Shown here in pieces: positions 55,915-64,000 of a stretch of DNA of 64,000 bases. How positions within the stretch are numbered: the first letter of the stretch is position 1; every line of letters begins with the position of its first letter. The position numbers were made by a program, and so were the translations under genes. The stretch covers positions 3,232,001 through 3,296,000 of the forward strand of contig OZ220089.1 in NCBI GenBank assembly GCA_964291625.2, in the 5' to 3' direction. This DNA is from Candidatus Latescibacterota bacterium (lineage in GTDB: Bacteria > Latescibacterota > UBA2968 > UBA8231). The notes under the pieces were generated by a model, which was given only the letters and a program-made list of their open reading frames with translations, did no database searches and was not told where the DNA came from.

Positions 55915-57648
55915 ATGACCGGCGCCCTCGGGATCCTCACCGAGGCCGACGTGGGCGTGCCGATGCGGGACGGCGCGCGCATGGAGGCCCACGTCTTCCG
56001 GCCCGACGCCGGGGGCCCCTTCCCGGCGATCCTGCACCGCACGCCGTACGGCCGCTCGAAGGGCGGGTACGAGCGCTACGTGCGCGCCGGGTACGCCGTC
56101 GTCTCCATGGACTCCCGCGGCCGCTACGGCTCCGAGGGCGACTGGGTCCCCTTCACCGTGGAGGACACTGGGGACGCCGAGGACGGGTACGACTCGGTGG
56201 AGTGGCTGGCGGCGCAGCCGTGGTGCGACGGCCGGGTGGGCACCCTCGGGGCCTCGTACGACGCCTGGATGCAGTGGCAGCTCGCCCGGCTGCGGCCGCC
56301 CCACCTGCAGGCGATGTGCGCCTACACCATCCCCCTGGAGCTGACCGAGGTCGACTGGCCGGGCGGCTTCCGGCCGGGGCGGCGCATCAAGTGGTGGCTC
56401 ACCTCCATGGCGCCGGACCTGCGCCGCCGGCGGGGACTGCCGCCGCCGCACACGCCGGCCGAGGCCCGCCGGGAGTGGGACGAGGCCGACGGCGAGTCCC
56501 CCTGGGTCGAGTACCTGCCCTGGCTCGACCTGCCGCGCCACCTGCCGCCGGGTCTGGCGGAGTACGCCCGGGACTGGCTGGAGCACCCCAACCGCCGGCC
56601 CTGGCGCCTCGACGAGGTCCACGGCGAGGTGGAGGTGCCGAACCTCGACTTCAGCGGCTGGTACGACCACTGCAACGGTTCCATGCGCCACCTGCAGCTC
56701 ATGCAGCGCCGCGGCCGCACCGAGTTGGCGCGGTCCCAGACGAGGCTGATCGCCGGCCCCTGGAACCACCCCGGCCTCGGCAGCCGCGCCGTGGCCGGCG
56801 TCGACTTCGGACCCCAGGCGCGGCTCGACCTCCCCGACCTGATCATCCGCTGGTTCGACCGCTGGCTCAAAGGCGTCGACAACGGCGTCGACCGCGAGCC
56901 GGCGGTGCGCTACTTCGTCATGGGCGGCGGCGGCCGGTGGCGCTCGGCCGAGACCTGGCCGCCGGCTGAAACGACACCCCGGGAGTATCAGTTGAGCAGC
57001 GGCGGCGGCGCCGGCTTCGGCGGTTCGGGGCGGCTGTCCACCGGCGGCCGGCAGGACGGCGCCGACGGCGCCGAGGCCGACCGCTTCGACTACGATCCCC
57101 GCGACCCCGTGCCGACCCTGTGGACGAAGGAGTGGTTCACGGGGCCCTCGGACCGCCGCCGGGTGGAGGAGCGCGCGGACATCCTCTGCTACCGCACGGA
57201 GCCGCTGGCCCAGGCGGTGGAGATCGCCGGCTACCCGGAGGCCGTGCTCTTCGTCAGCTCCTCGGCGCCGGACACGGATTTCTTCGCCCGCCTCGTGGAC
57301 GAGCATCCCCCGGAGGGAGAGGACCGGTCCTCTGGGCGGGCCCTGGAGGTCTGCTACGGCATGGTCCGCGTCCGCCACCGCAACTCCCTCGACGCCGAGG
57401 AGCTGCTCTCACCGGGGGAGGTGGTGGAGCTGCGCATCCAGCTCGGGCCGACGGCCTGCCGCTTCGAGCCCGGCCACCGCATCCGCCTGGAGATCACCTC
57501 GAGCGACTTCCCCAACCACGACCGCAACCACAACACGGGGAAGAACGACCTGGCCGACACGGAGCTGGCGGTGGCGGCCAACGCCGTGCACCACTCGGAC
57601 GGGCGGCCGTCGCGGCTGGTGCTGCCGGTGCTGGGGGGCGAGGGGTGA
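55915..57648 (+). CDS. CocE/NonD family hydrolase
   Basis: PMRDG, RTPY, DSRGRYGSEG, DGYDSVEW, GASY, GWYD, GPWNH, SSDFPNHDRN. Confidence 0.92.
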   Translation: MTGALGILTEADVGVPMRDGARMEAHVFRPDAGGPFPAILHRTPYGRSKGGYERYVRAGYAVVSMDSRGRYGSEGDWVPFTVEDTGDAEDGYDSVEWLAAQPWCDGRVGTLGASYDAWMQWQLARLRPPHLQAMCAYTIPLELTEVDWPGGFRPGRRIKWWLTSMAPDLRRRRGLPPPHTPAEARREWDEADGESPWVEYLPWLDLPRHLPPGLAEYARDWLEHPNRRPWRLDEVHGEVEVPNLDFSGWYDHCNGSMRHLQLMQRRGRTELARSQTRLIAGPWNHPGLGSRAVAGVDFGPQARLDLPDLIIRWFDRWLKGVDNGVDREPAVRYFVMGGGGRWRSAETWPPAETTPREYQLSSGGGAGFGGSGRLSTGGRQDGADGAEADRFDYDPRDPVPTLWTKEWFTGPSDRRRVEERADILCYRTEPLAQAVEIAGYPEAVLFVSSSAPDTDFFARLVDEHPPEGEDRSSGRALEVCYGMVRVRHRNSLDAEELLSPGEVVELRIQLGPTACRFEPGHRIRLEITSSDFPNHDRNHNTGKNDLADTELAVAANAVHHSDGRPSRLVLPVLGGEG

Positions 57649-58799
57649 GAGCGCGGGCCGAGGCGAGGACCGGCGACGCCGCCGACCTCGACTTCCTCGA
57701 CGAGGGATCGGTGGACCTGGTGGTCACCTCCCCCCCGTACCCGATGATCGAGATGTGGGACGAGGCCTTCGGTTGCCAGAGATCGGGCGTTGCGGAGGCC
57801 CTGGACGCGGGTGACGGAGCCCGGGTCTTCGAGTTGATGCACGAGCTGCTCGACGCCGCCTGGGCCGAGGTCCACCGCGTCCTGCGCCCGGGCGGGATCG
57901 CCTGCATCAACATCGGCGACGCCACCCGCACCCTGAACGGCGACTTCCGCCTCTGGTCGAACCACTCCCGGGTCCTGTCCGGCCTGCTGCGCGCCGGATT
58001 CGTCCTTCTCCCCGACATCCTCTGGCGCAAGCCGAACAACGCGCCCAACAAGTTCCTCGGCTCGGGGATGCTGCCCGCCGGCGCCTACGTGACCTACGAG
58101 CACGAGTACGTCCTGATCGCCCGCAAGGGCCCGCGCCGGGAGTTCGCCACCGAAGAGGAGAGGAGCCGCCGCCGGGAGAGCGCCTACTTCTGGGAGGAGA
58201 GGAACCTCTGGTTCTCGGACGTCTGGACGGACATCCCCGGGGCCGGCCAGGAGCTTGTCGACCAGGCTTCCCGCAAGAGGAGCGCGGCCTTCCCCTTCGA
58301 GCTGGCCTACCGGCTGATCTGCATGCACTCGGTGAAGGGAGACACGGTCCTGGATCCCTTCGCCGGCACCGGGATCACCGCCGCGGCCTCCCTGGCCTCG
58401 GGGAGGAACGCCGTCTCGGTGGAGCTGGACCCGACGCTGCTCCCCGTGACGCGGCGTCTCCTCCTGTCGCTGCCGGAGTTCGCGAACCGGCATCTCCGTC
58501 AGCGGCTCCGCCGCCACGTGGAGTTCGTCGAGAGGAGGACCGCCGAGGGCGGGGCCTTCAAGCACGTCAACCGGAACTACGGCTTCCCCGTGGTGACCTC
58601 CCAGGAGCGGGACCTGCTGCTCAACGATCTCCTGTCGGTGACCGACAACGATGGTTCGATGGTCGCCCGGTACGACGAGCAGCCGCAGCCGGAGTTCGTG
58701 AAGGAGTGGACGCCGGAGGAAGTGGAACGCTTCACCTTGAGCCCGAGCGAACTTCAGGCCGAGCTCCCGCTAATCCCTCCTCAGAACACCGACAGGTAG
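57645..58799 (+). CDS. Beta-class DNA methyltransferase (N4-cytosine/N6-adenine), orphan
   Basis: Motif IV TSPPY N-terminal to motif I VLDPFAGTG; GTGA overlap with cocE. Confidence 0.88.
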   Translation: MRARAEARTGDAADLDFLDEGSVDLVVTSPPYPMIEMWDEAFGCQRSGVAEALDAGDGARVFELMHELLDAAWAEVHRVLRPGGIACINIGDATRTLNGDFRLWSNHSRVLSGLLRAGFVLLPDILWRKPNNAPNKFLGSGMLPAGAYVTYEHEYVLIARKGPRREFATEEERSRRRESAYFWEERNLWFSDVWTDIPGAGQELVDQASRKRSAAFPFELAYRLICMHSVKGDTVLDPFAGTGITAAASLASGRNAVSVELDPTLLPVTRRLLLSLPEFANRHLRQRLRRHVEFVERRTAEGGAFKHVNRNYGFPVVTSQERDLLLNDLLSVTDNDGSMVARYDEQPQPEFVKEWTPEEVERFTLSPSELQAELPLIPPQNTDR

Positions 58800-60115
58800 G
58801 TCTCCCGCTCCCAGTCGCTGACCGACTGGTGGTAGTCCCGCCACTCCTCGCGCTTGCACTCCAGGTAGTAGCCGGAGTACTCCCGGCCGAGGGCCTCGCG
58901 GACCACCTCGTCCTGCTCCAGGGCGTCGCAGGCGTCGCGCAGGGTGGCGGGCAGGTAGTCGATGCCGCGCTCGGCCAGCTCGGCCTCGGTCAGCTCGTAG
59001 AGGTTCTCGTTGTTGCGGCGGCCGGGGTCGGTCTCGTTCTCGATGCCGTCGAGGCCGGCGGCCAGGAGCACGGCGCTGGCCAGGTACGGGTTGGCGGCGC
59101 CGTCGACGCAGCGGTTCTCGATGCGGCCGGGCGCCGGGATGCGGATCATCTGGGTGCGGTTGGAGCCGCCGTAGGTGACGTAGACCGGAGCCCAGCTGGC
59201 GCCGGAGCGGGGGGCGCCGCGGGTGAGGCGCTTGTAGCTGTTGACCAGGGGGCCGGAGACCGCCACGAGGGCCTTGGCGTGGGCCAGGACGCCGCCCATG
59301 AAGTGGTAGGCCATCCGCGACAGGCCGCTGGGGTCGCTCTCGTCGAAGAAGAGGTTGGTCTCGTTGTCCGTGTCCCACAGGCTCATGTGGAAGTGGGCGC
59401 CCGAGCCGGTGAGGTCGCCGAAGGGCTTGGGCATGAAGGTGGCGTGGAGGCCGCGCTCCTCGGCCATGGTCTTGACCATCCAGCGGTAGAAGGTGTGGCG
59501 GTCGGCCGTGGTCAGGGCGTCGGAGTACTCCCAGTTGATCTCGAACTGGCAGTTGGCGTCCTCGTGGTCGTTGGCGTACGGACCCCACCCGAGGGCCTGC
59601 AGGTGGCCGATGAGGGTGGTCATGAGGTCGAAGTTGCGGTTGAGGGTGACCAGGTCGTAGCAGGGCTTGTCCAGGGTGTCGAAGGGATCGCTGGTGGTGA
59701 AGCGGCCCTCCTCGTCGCGCTTGAGGAGGATGAACTCGGCCTCGACGCCGACGTTGAAGCGGTAGCCGAGACCGCGGGCCCGCTCGAGCTGGCGGTTGAG
59801 GATGGTGCGCGGGCAGTAGTCGAAGGGCTCGCCCTCGACCTCGAGGTTGCCGGGGACCCAGGCCATGTCGGGCCGCCAGGGCACGATCATCCCCTGGCCG
59901 AAGTCGGGCATGTTGGCCAGCTCGGGGCTGTGGGGGCCCTGGCCCATGTTGCCGGCGGCGAAGCCGGCGAAACCGGCGCCCTCGGCGGCCATGTCCTGAA
60001 GGTTGGTGGCCGGCACCAGCTTGGCCTTGGGCATGCCGCCCATCTCGACGAAGGAGCACAGGAAGTACTCGATCTCTTTGTCCTTCACCCACTTCTCGAC
60101 ATCTCTGAGTTCCAT
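58781..60115 (-). CDS. glnT: GlnT-type glutamine synthetase-like protein, probable gamma-glutamylmethylamide synthetase
   Basis: KAKLVP, GAGFAGFA, KPCYD, NDHEDANCQFEINW, TFMPKPF, SGASWAP, NRTQMIR, DGAANPYL; downstream of sarcosine-oxidase-like subunits. Confidence 0.85.
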   Translation of the reverse strand: MELRDVEKWVKDKEIEYFLCSFVEMGGMPKAKLVPATNLQDMAAEGAGFAGFAAGNMGQGPHSPELANMPDFGQGMIVPWRPDMAWVPGNLEVEGEPFDYCPRTILNRQLERARGLGYRFNVGVEAEFILLKRDEEGRFTTSDPFDTLDKPCYDLVTLNRNFDLMTTLIGHLQALGWGPYANDHEDANCQFEINWEYSDALTTADRHTFYRWMVKTMAEERGLHATFMPKPFGDLTGSGAHFHMSLWDTDNETNLFFDESDPSGLSRMAYHFMGGVLAHAKALVAVSGPLVNSYKRLTRGAPRSGASWAPVYVTYGGSNRTQMIRIPAPGRIENRCVDGAANPYLASAVLLAAGLDGIENETDPGRRNNENLYELTEAELAERGIDYLPATLRDACDALEQDEVVREALGREYSGYYLECKREEWRDYHQSVSDWERETYLSVF

Positions 60116-60150
60116 GACCCTCTCCTCGGGGGATGCGTTTGAAGTAATGC

Positions 60151-60834
60151 TCAGGCTTCCAGCTCTCGGAGGGCGGCGGCGCCGATGGGGACGATGCCGA
60201 ACTCGGCGCCCGCCTCCATGAGGATGTCCCAAACGTAGGCGCCCGGGGCGCGCCCGCCGAGGACGCGGTAGGCGGGCCGACCGCCGGCGTCGGCGCGGAC
60301 CACCAGGGCCTTGACGCGGGCGACGCTGGTCTCGCGGCAGCGGCGGTCCGGGAAGGCGTCGTCGTCGAAGTCCAGCCCGCAGAGCTTGCTCAGCAGCCGC
60401 GGGGCCTCCGGGCCGACGATGCGGTACTCGAAGCGGCCGTGGGTCACGTCGGTGACGGTCACCAGTCCGGTGGCTCCACCAGCGGCTTGCTCGATGGTCT
60501 TGAGGATTGCCGCTCCCTCGCCGGGGCCGGCGGCCATGAGCAGGAGGTCGGGCCGGAGGCCGCAGGCGGTCACCCGGCCCCCGCTCACCTCTCCCATTCC
60601 GGGGGCCGCCAGGCCGGTGGCCGCGGCGATCACCGCGCCGGCCTCCTCACCCTGCACGAGCAGCTTCGCCCGGGGCGTCTCGTCGCCGAGGGCCACCCCT
60701 TCCCGCGCCGCCCGCGCCTCGGCGGCGCCGTCGCCGAAGCGCTCGGGGAACTGCCACCCGTCGATCTCGGTCAGGTGCGCGCCCAGGGTCTCCCAGCGGC
60801 CGTGGAGGGGGGTCGCGTACCAGGGCCCGGCCAT
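60151..60834 (-). CDS. soxG: Sarcosine oxidase gamma-like / N-methylglutamate dehydrogenase subunit (GcvT-like)
   Basis: TPLH, VTDVTHG, GPEA..LLSKLCGLDF...FP; 1-nt overlap with the alpha-subunit stop. Confidence 0.7.
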   Translation of the reverse strand: MAGPWYATPLHGRWETLGAHLTEIDGWQFPERFGDGAAEARAAREGVALGDETPRAKLLVQGEEAGAVIAAATGLAAPGMGEVSGGRVTACGLRPDLLLMAAGPGEGAAILKTIEQAAGGATGLVTVTDVTHGRFEYRIVGPEAPRLLSKLCGLDFDDDAFPDRRCRETSVARVKALVVRADAGGRPAYRVLGGRAPGAYVWDILMEAGAEFGIVPIGAAALRELEA

Positions 60835-63761
60835 CAGCTGCGCAGCCTCTCGCCGGCGGGATCGTAGAACGCCCCGTGGTGCACCCGTCCCTCCTCCAGG
60901 CCTCCGCCGGAGTACACGGAGAAGGCGGCTCCCTCCTCCTCGGCGAGGTCGGCCGGCAGCCAGCACAGGCCGATGACGCCGCCGAGGGTTGGCGAGCGCC
61001 GGCAGGAGGTGATCCAGCCGATGATGTCGAAGCCGCCGCCGGAGCGGCGGGTGACGATCTGCAGGCCCTCCTCCACGACGGCGTCGTCGCGGCTCATGCG
61101 GAAGCCCGTGAGGCGCTGCTTCGGTCCGGTCTCCGCCACCCGGGTCAGGGCCCGCTTCCCGAGGAAGTCGGGCTTCTCCAGCTTGACGGCCCATCCGGAG
61201 TCGGCGGAGATGGCGTCGGAGAGGGCGTCCGTGTCCTGGCCGACGATCAGGTGGCCCTTCTCCAGTCGGAGGATGCGCTGGGCCTCGACGCCGAAGGGGC
61301 GGATGCCGTGGTCGGCCCCGGCCTCCATGAGCGCCTCCCACAGGTGCCGGCCGCCGCCGGCCGGGCCGTGGATCTCGTAGGACAGCTCGCCGGTGAAGCC
61401 GATGCGCAGGACCAGGCAGGAGAGGCCGGCGACCCGGGTGCGGCGGGCGCGCATGTAGGGGAACTTCGCCTTCGACAGGTCGCGGGAGGTGAGCTTCTGC
61501 AGCACCTCGCGGGAGGCGGGGCCGGCGAGGTTGACGGCGGCCCGGGCCTCGGTGAGGTCGGTGACGTGGACGCCGTCGCCCCAGCCCGACTGGCGCCACC
61601 ACTCGACCCACTCCAGGGCGCCGGCGGCGCCGGTGGAGGTGGTGCTCACGTACCAGTCGTCGTCGGCCAGGCGGGCGCAGACGCCGTCGTCGAGGACGAC
61701 CCCCTCGTCGTTGCACATCAAGCCGTAGCGCACCCGCCCCCGGCGCAGGTCCCGCCAGGAGTTGACGTAGAGGCGCTCCAGCAGGTCCGGCACCCCCGGC
61801 CCGGTGAGGCGCAGCTTGCCGAGGGGGCTCACGTCGATGAGGCCGACGGCGTTGCGCACCGCCGCCACCTCCTCGGCGGGGTCGCCGTAGCGCTCCGGCC
61901 GCAGCCAGGTGCCGGCGGTCATCATGCGGGCGCCGTGGGCCAGGTGCCAGTCGTGCATCGCCGAGACCTGCACCGGCTCCATCTTCTGGCCGGCGAGAGT
62001 CCCCAGGGAGAGCGGCGTCACGGGAGGCCGTGCCGTCGTCCGGCCCGTCTCCTGCACCGAGCGGCCGGTGCCGGCGGCGCACAGGCGGATCCCGTGGAGG
62101 TTGCACATGCGGCCCTGGCAGGGACCCATGCCGATGGTCGTGTATCGCTTGAGCAGCTCGAGGTGGTCGTACCCCTCGGCCAGGGAGGTGTCGATGTCGG
62201 TGTCGGTCACGTCCTCGCACAGGCAGACGAAGCGCTTGCCGCCGCCGCAGGCGGGAGCGCTGACCAGCGCCGAGGAGCGGGAGGCGGCGTCTTCGGGCGG
62301 GTCCGCGTCGGCCGCTCCGGGGTCCGCCGCCAAGGGGTGGGCGGCATCGGCCTCCGGGGCCTGCCCGGCCTCCGCTGTCCCCGAGCCCCGGGCGTGGGCC
62401 GCCGCGGCGGCGCCGGCCCGGCGGCCGTGCTCCTCCTCGGCCTCCAGCGGTCCCTGCAGGCCGGCGGCCCTCCCCGCCAGGAACACCCCCGCCGGCAGGT
62501 CGACCACCCGCATCTCGGCGCGCTCCTCGTCGTAGCGGCTGCCCGCTCCGGCCATCCAGGCGAGCTCCGCCGAGGGCTGCCGCCCGGTGCTGACGGCGAC
62601 GAGGTCGCAGCGCACCCGGCGCCTCGCGCCGGCGCCGGAGACCGGCACCAGCACCGCCGAGCGCACGCGGCGGCGGCCCCGGGCGGCGCCGATGGTGTAC
62701 CCGGTGAGCACCTCCGCCCCGGAGGCGGCCACCTCCGCGGCCCCGGGCGGCTCCGCCCCGGGCCGCTCGTCGGCCACGGCGGCGACCTCGACCCCGGCGG
62801 CCAGCAGGTCGGCGGCCACCTCCCAGCCGCCGTCGCCGGCGGTGACGACCACCGCCCTCCGGCCCGGGGCCACGCCGTGGAGGCGCAGCAGCCGCTGCAC
62901 CGCCGTGCCGAGCATGACCCCCGGCCGGTCGTTGCCGTCGAAGAGCGGCGGGATCTCGTGGCTGCCGGTGGCCACGACCACGGCGCGGGCGCGGATCTTG
63001 AACAAGCGGTGGCCGCACGCCGCCGACAGCCAGTGGTCCTGGTACCAGCCGGTCACCGAGGTCCCGGTGAGCACCTCCACGCCGGCCCGGGAGAGCCGCT
63101 GCGCGGCGTCGTCGAGATCGCCCCGGGGGGTGCCGCTGTAGCGCAGGTGCCCGCCGAGGCCGGGGTTCTCGTCGAGCAGCAGCACCCGGGCGCCGCTCTC
63201 GCGGGCGGCCAGGGCGGCGCCCTGGCCGGCGGGACCTCCCCCGGCGACGACCACGTCGGCGTGGAGGTACTGCTTGTCGTACTCCCCCTCCGGCGTCTGC
63301 TCGTCCACGGTGCCGAGGCCGGCGGCGGTGCGCAGCACCCGGTCGTAGAGGGGCCACAGCCGCCGCGGCCGGATGAAGGTCTTGTAGTAGAACCCCGCCG
63401 GCAGGAAGCGCGAGACCCGCTCCGTCAGGGCCATGAGGTCGAGCTTGAGCGACGGCCAGGCGTTCTGGGGCCGCACGTCCAGGCCTTCCTCCAGCGGCCG
63501 GGTGCAGGCCCGCACGTTCGGCTCGGTGCCGACCTGCACGAGGCAGTTGGGGCAGTGGCCGGCGCAGCACAGCAGGCCGCGGGGGCGGTGGTACTTGAAG
63601 GAGCGGCTGAAGAGGGAGACCCCGGCGGCGGCCAGGGCCGAGGCGATCGTGTCCCCGGCGCAGCCGCTGTACTCGCGGCCACCGAAGCGGAAGCGCAGGC
63701 TGCGCCCGCGGTCCAGAACCTCTCCCGGCCGCGGCTCGATGCGGTGCGAGGGCCCGCTCAT
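60834..63761 (-). CDS. soxA: Sarcosine oxidase alpha-like / N-methylglutamate dehydrogenase large subunit
   Basis: GDTIASAL, RSFKYHRPRG, GGGPAG, CLCEDVT, KRYTTIGMGPCQG, RPP, GcvT domain (RIGFTGELSYE, LRLEKG). Confidence 0.9.
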   Translation of the reverse strand: MSGPSHRIEPRPGEVLDRGRSLRFRFGGREYSGCAGDTIASALAAAGVSLFSRSFKYHRPRGLLCCAGHCPNCLVQVGTEPNVRACTRPLEEGLDVRPQNAWPSLKLDLMALTERVSRFLPAGFYYKTFIRPRRLWPLYDRVLRTAAGLGTVDEQTPEGEYDKQYLHADVVVAGGGPAGQGAALAARESGARVLLLDENPGLGGHLRYSGTPRGDLDDAAQRLSRAGVEVLTGTSVTGWYQDHWLSAACGHRLFKIRARAVVVATGSHEIPPLFDGNDRPGVMLGTAVQRLLRLHGVAPGRRAVVVTAGDGGWEVAADLLAAGVEVAAVADERPGAEPPGAAEVAASGAEVLTGYTIGAARGRRRVRSAVLVPVSGAGARRRVRCDLVAVSTGRQPSAELAWMAGAGSRYDEERAEMRVVDLPAGVFLAGRAAGLQGPLEAEEEHGRRAGAAAAAHARGSGTAEAGQAPEADAAHPLAADPGAADADPPEDAASRSSALVSAPACGGGKRFVCLCEDVTDTDIDTSLAEGYDHLELLKRYTTIGMGPCQGRMCNLHGIRLCAAGTGRSVQETGRTTARPPVTPLSLGTLAGQKMEPVQVSAMHDWHLAHGARMMTAGTWLRPERYGDPAEEVAAVRNAVGLIDVSPLGKLRLTGPGVPDLLERLYVNSWRDLRRGRVRYGLMCNDEGVVLDDGVCARLADDDWYVSTTSTGAAGALEWVEWWRQSGWGDGVHVTDLTEARAAVNLAGPASREVLQKLTSRDLSKAKFPYMRARRTRVAGLSCLVLRIGFTGELSYEIHGPAGGGRHLWEALMEAGADHGIRPFGVEAQRILRLEKGHLIVGQDTDALSDAISADSGWAVKLEKPDFLGKRALTRVAETGPKQRLTGFRMSRDDAVVEEGLQIVTRRSGGGFDIIGWITSCRRSPTLGGVIGLCWLPADLAEEEGAAFSVYSGGGLEEGRVHHGAFYDPAGERLRS

Positions 63762-63843
63762 GACCGGCCCTTCCGGACGCCGCTGCCGCGGCTGGAGGAG
63801 GTCGCCCAACCCACCCGGGTGCCGCCGGGGCGGCCGGAGCGGC

Positions 63844-64000
63844 TCATCCGGCGCCTTCGGCCGGCGCGCCGTCGGGGGACCACCGGAAGGTCCGGGAGAC
63901 GGCGTTCGTGCGGCGGTCGCGCTCGGCCAGGAACCACAGGCCGCAGCCGGCGCGGTGGATCCACCACTCGCGGCGGGGGCCCATGGGGTTGTCGCGCAGG
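63844..64000 (-). CDS. soxD: Sarcosine oxidase delta-like subunit (partial, 5' end outside the window)
   Basis: Reads LRDNPMGPRREWWIHRAGCGLWFLAERDRRTNAV..., the R.NP.G...E.W.H..GC..W...RD..T pattern. Confidence 0.85.
   Translation of the reverse strand, partial: LRDNPMGPRREWWIHRAGCGLWFLAERDRRTNAVSRTFRWSPDGAPAEGAG

Noticed and set aside
1-64000. CRISPR array or diversity-generating retroelement
   Set aside because: There are no regularly spaced repeat-spacer units and no reverse transcriptase. Mismatches in the duplicated segments are not adenine-specific.

Overview
High-GC bacterial window. Six proteins carry an 'N(Y/F/T)PNPFN' FlgD-Ig/T9SS-CTD-like domain, and one giant protein is rich in eukaryote-like repeats. 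This suggests an FCB-group organism (Latescibacterota/Gemmatimonadota-like), possibly a sponge or other host symbiont; the taxonomy is inference. The left half (~4.7-32.4 kb) is an accessory region ending at tRNA-Glu(UUC). It holds a membrane-less beta-propeller/Y_Y_Y/AAA+ regulator with a degenerate GAFTGA loop, divergent from a tandemly repeated three-gene secreted-protein cassette. The cassette is A (Ig-like repeat protein lacking an FlgD domain), B (C-terminal FlgD protein) and C (protein with an internally nested FlgD domain). It occurs twice intact. A third, decayed copy has as its A slot a 3,467-aa YWTD/cadherin/FN3/LRR/leishmanolysin-like protein. A mosaic scar of duplicated fragments and an XRE-IrrE + DUF4411 PIN module follow. 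The right half is mostly catabolic (amidase, Gfo/Idh/MocA, UbiD, PhyH/MBL/GH-like/lyase-like operon, PQQ dehydrogenase, enolase-superfamily, CocE, glnT/gmaS + soxDAG-like). Interspersed are defence-like genes: ABC ATPase + TOPRIM-like pair, AAA_14-DUF4143, orphan RHH antitoxin, orphan DNA methyltransferase and a low-GC HEPN-like ORF. No CRISPR array, rRNA, integrase or transposase was seen. All family calls come from motif recognition by eye, not database searches.
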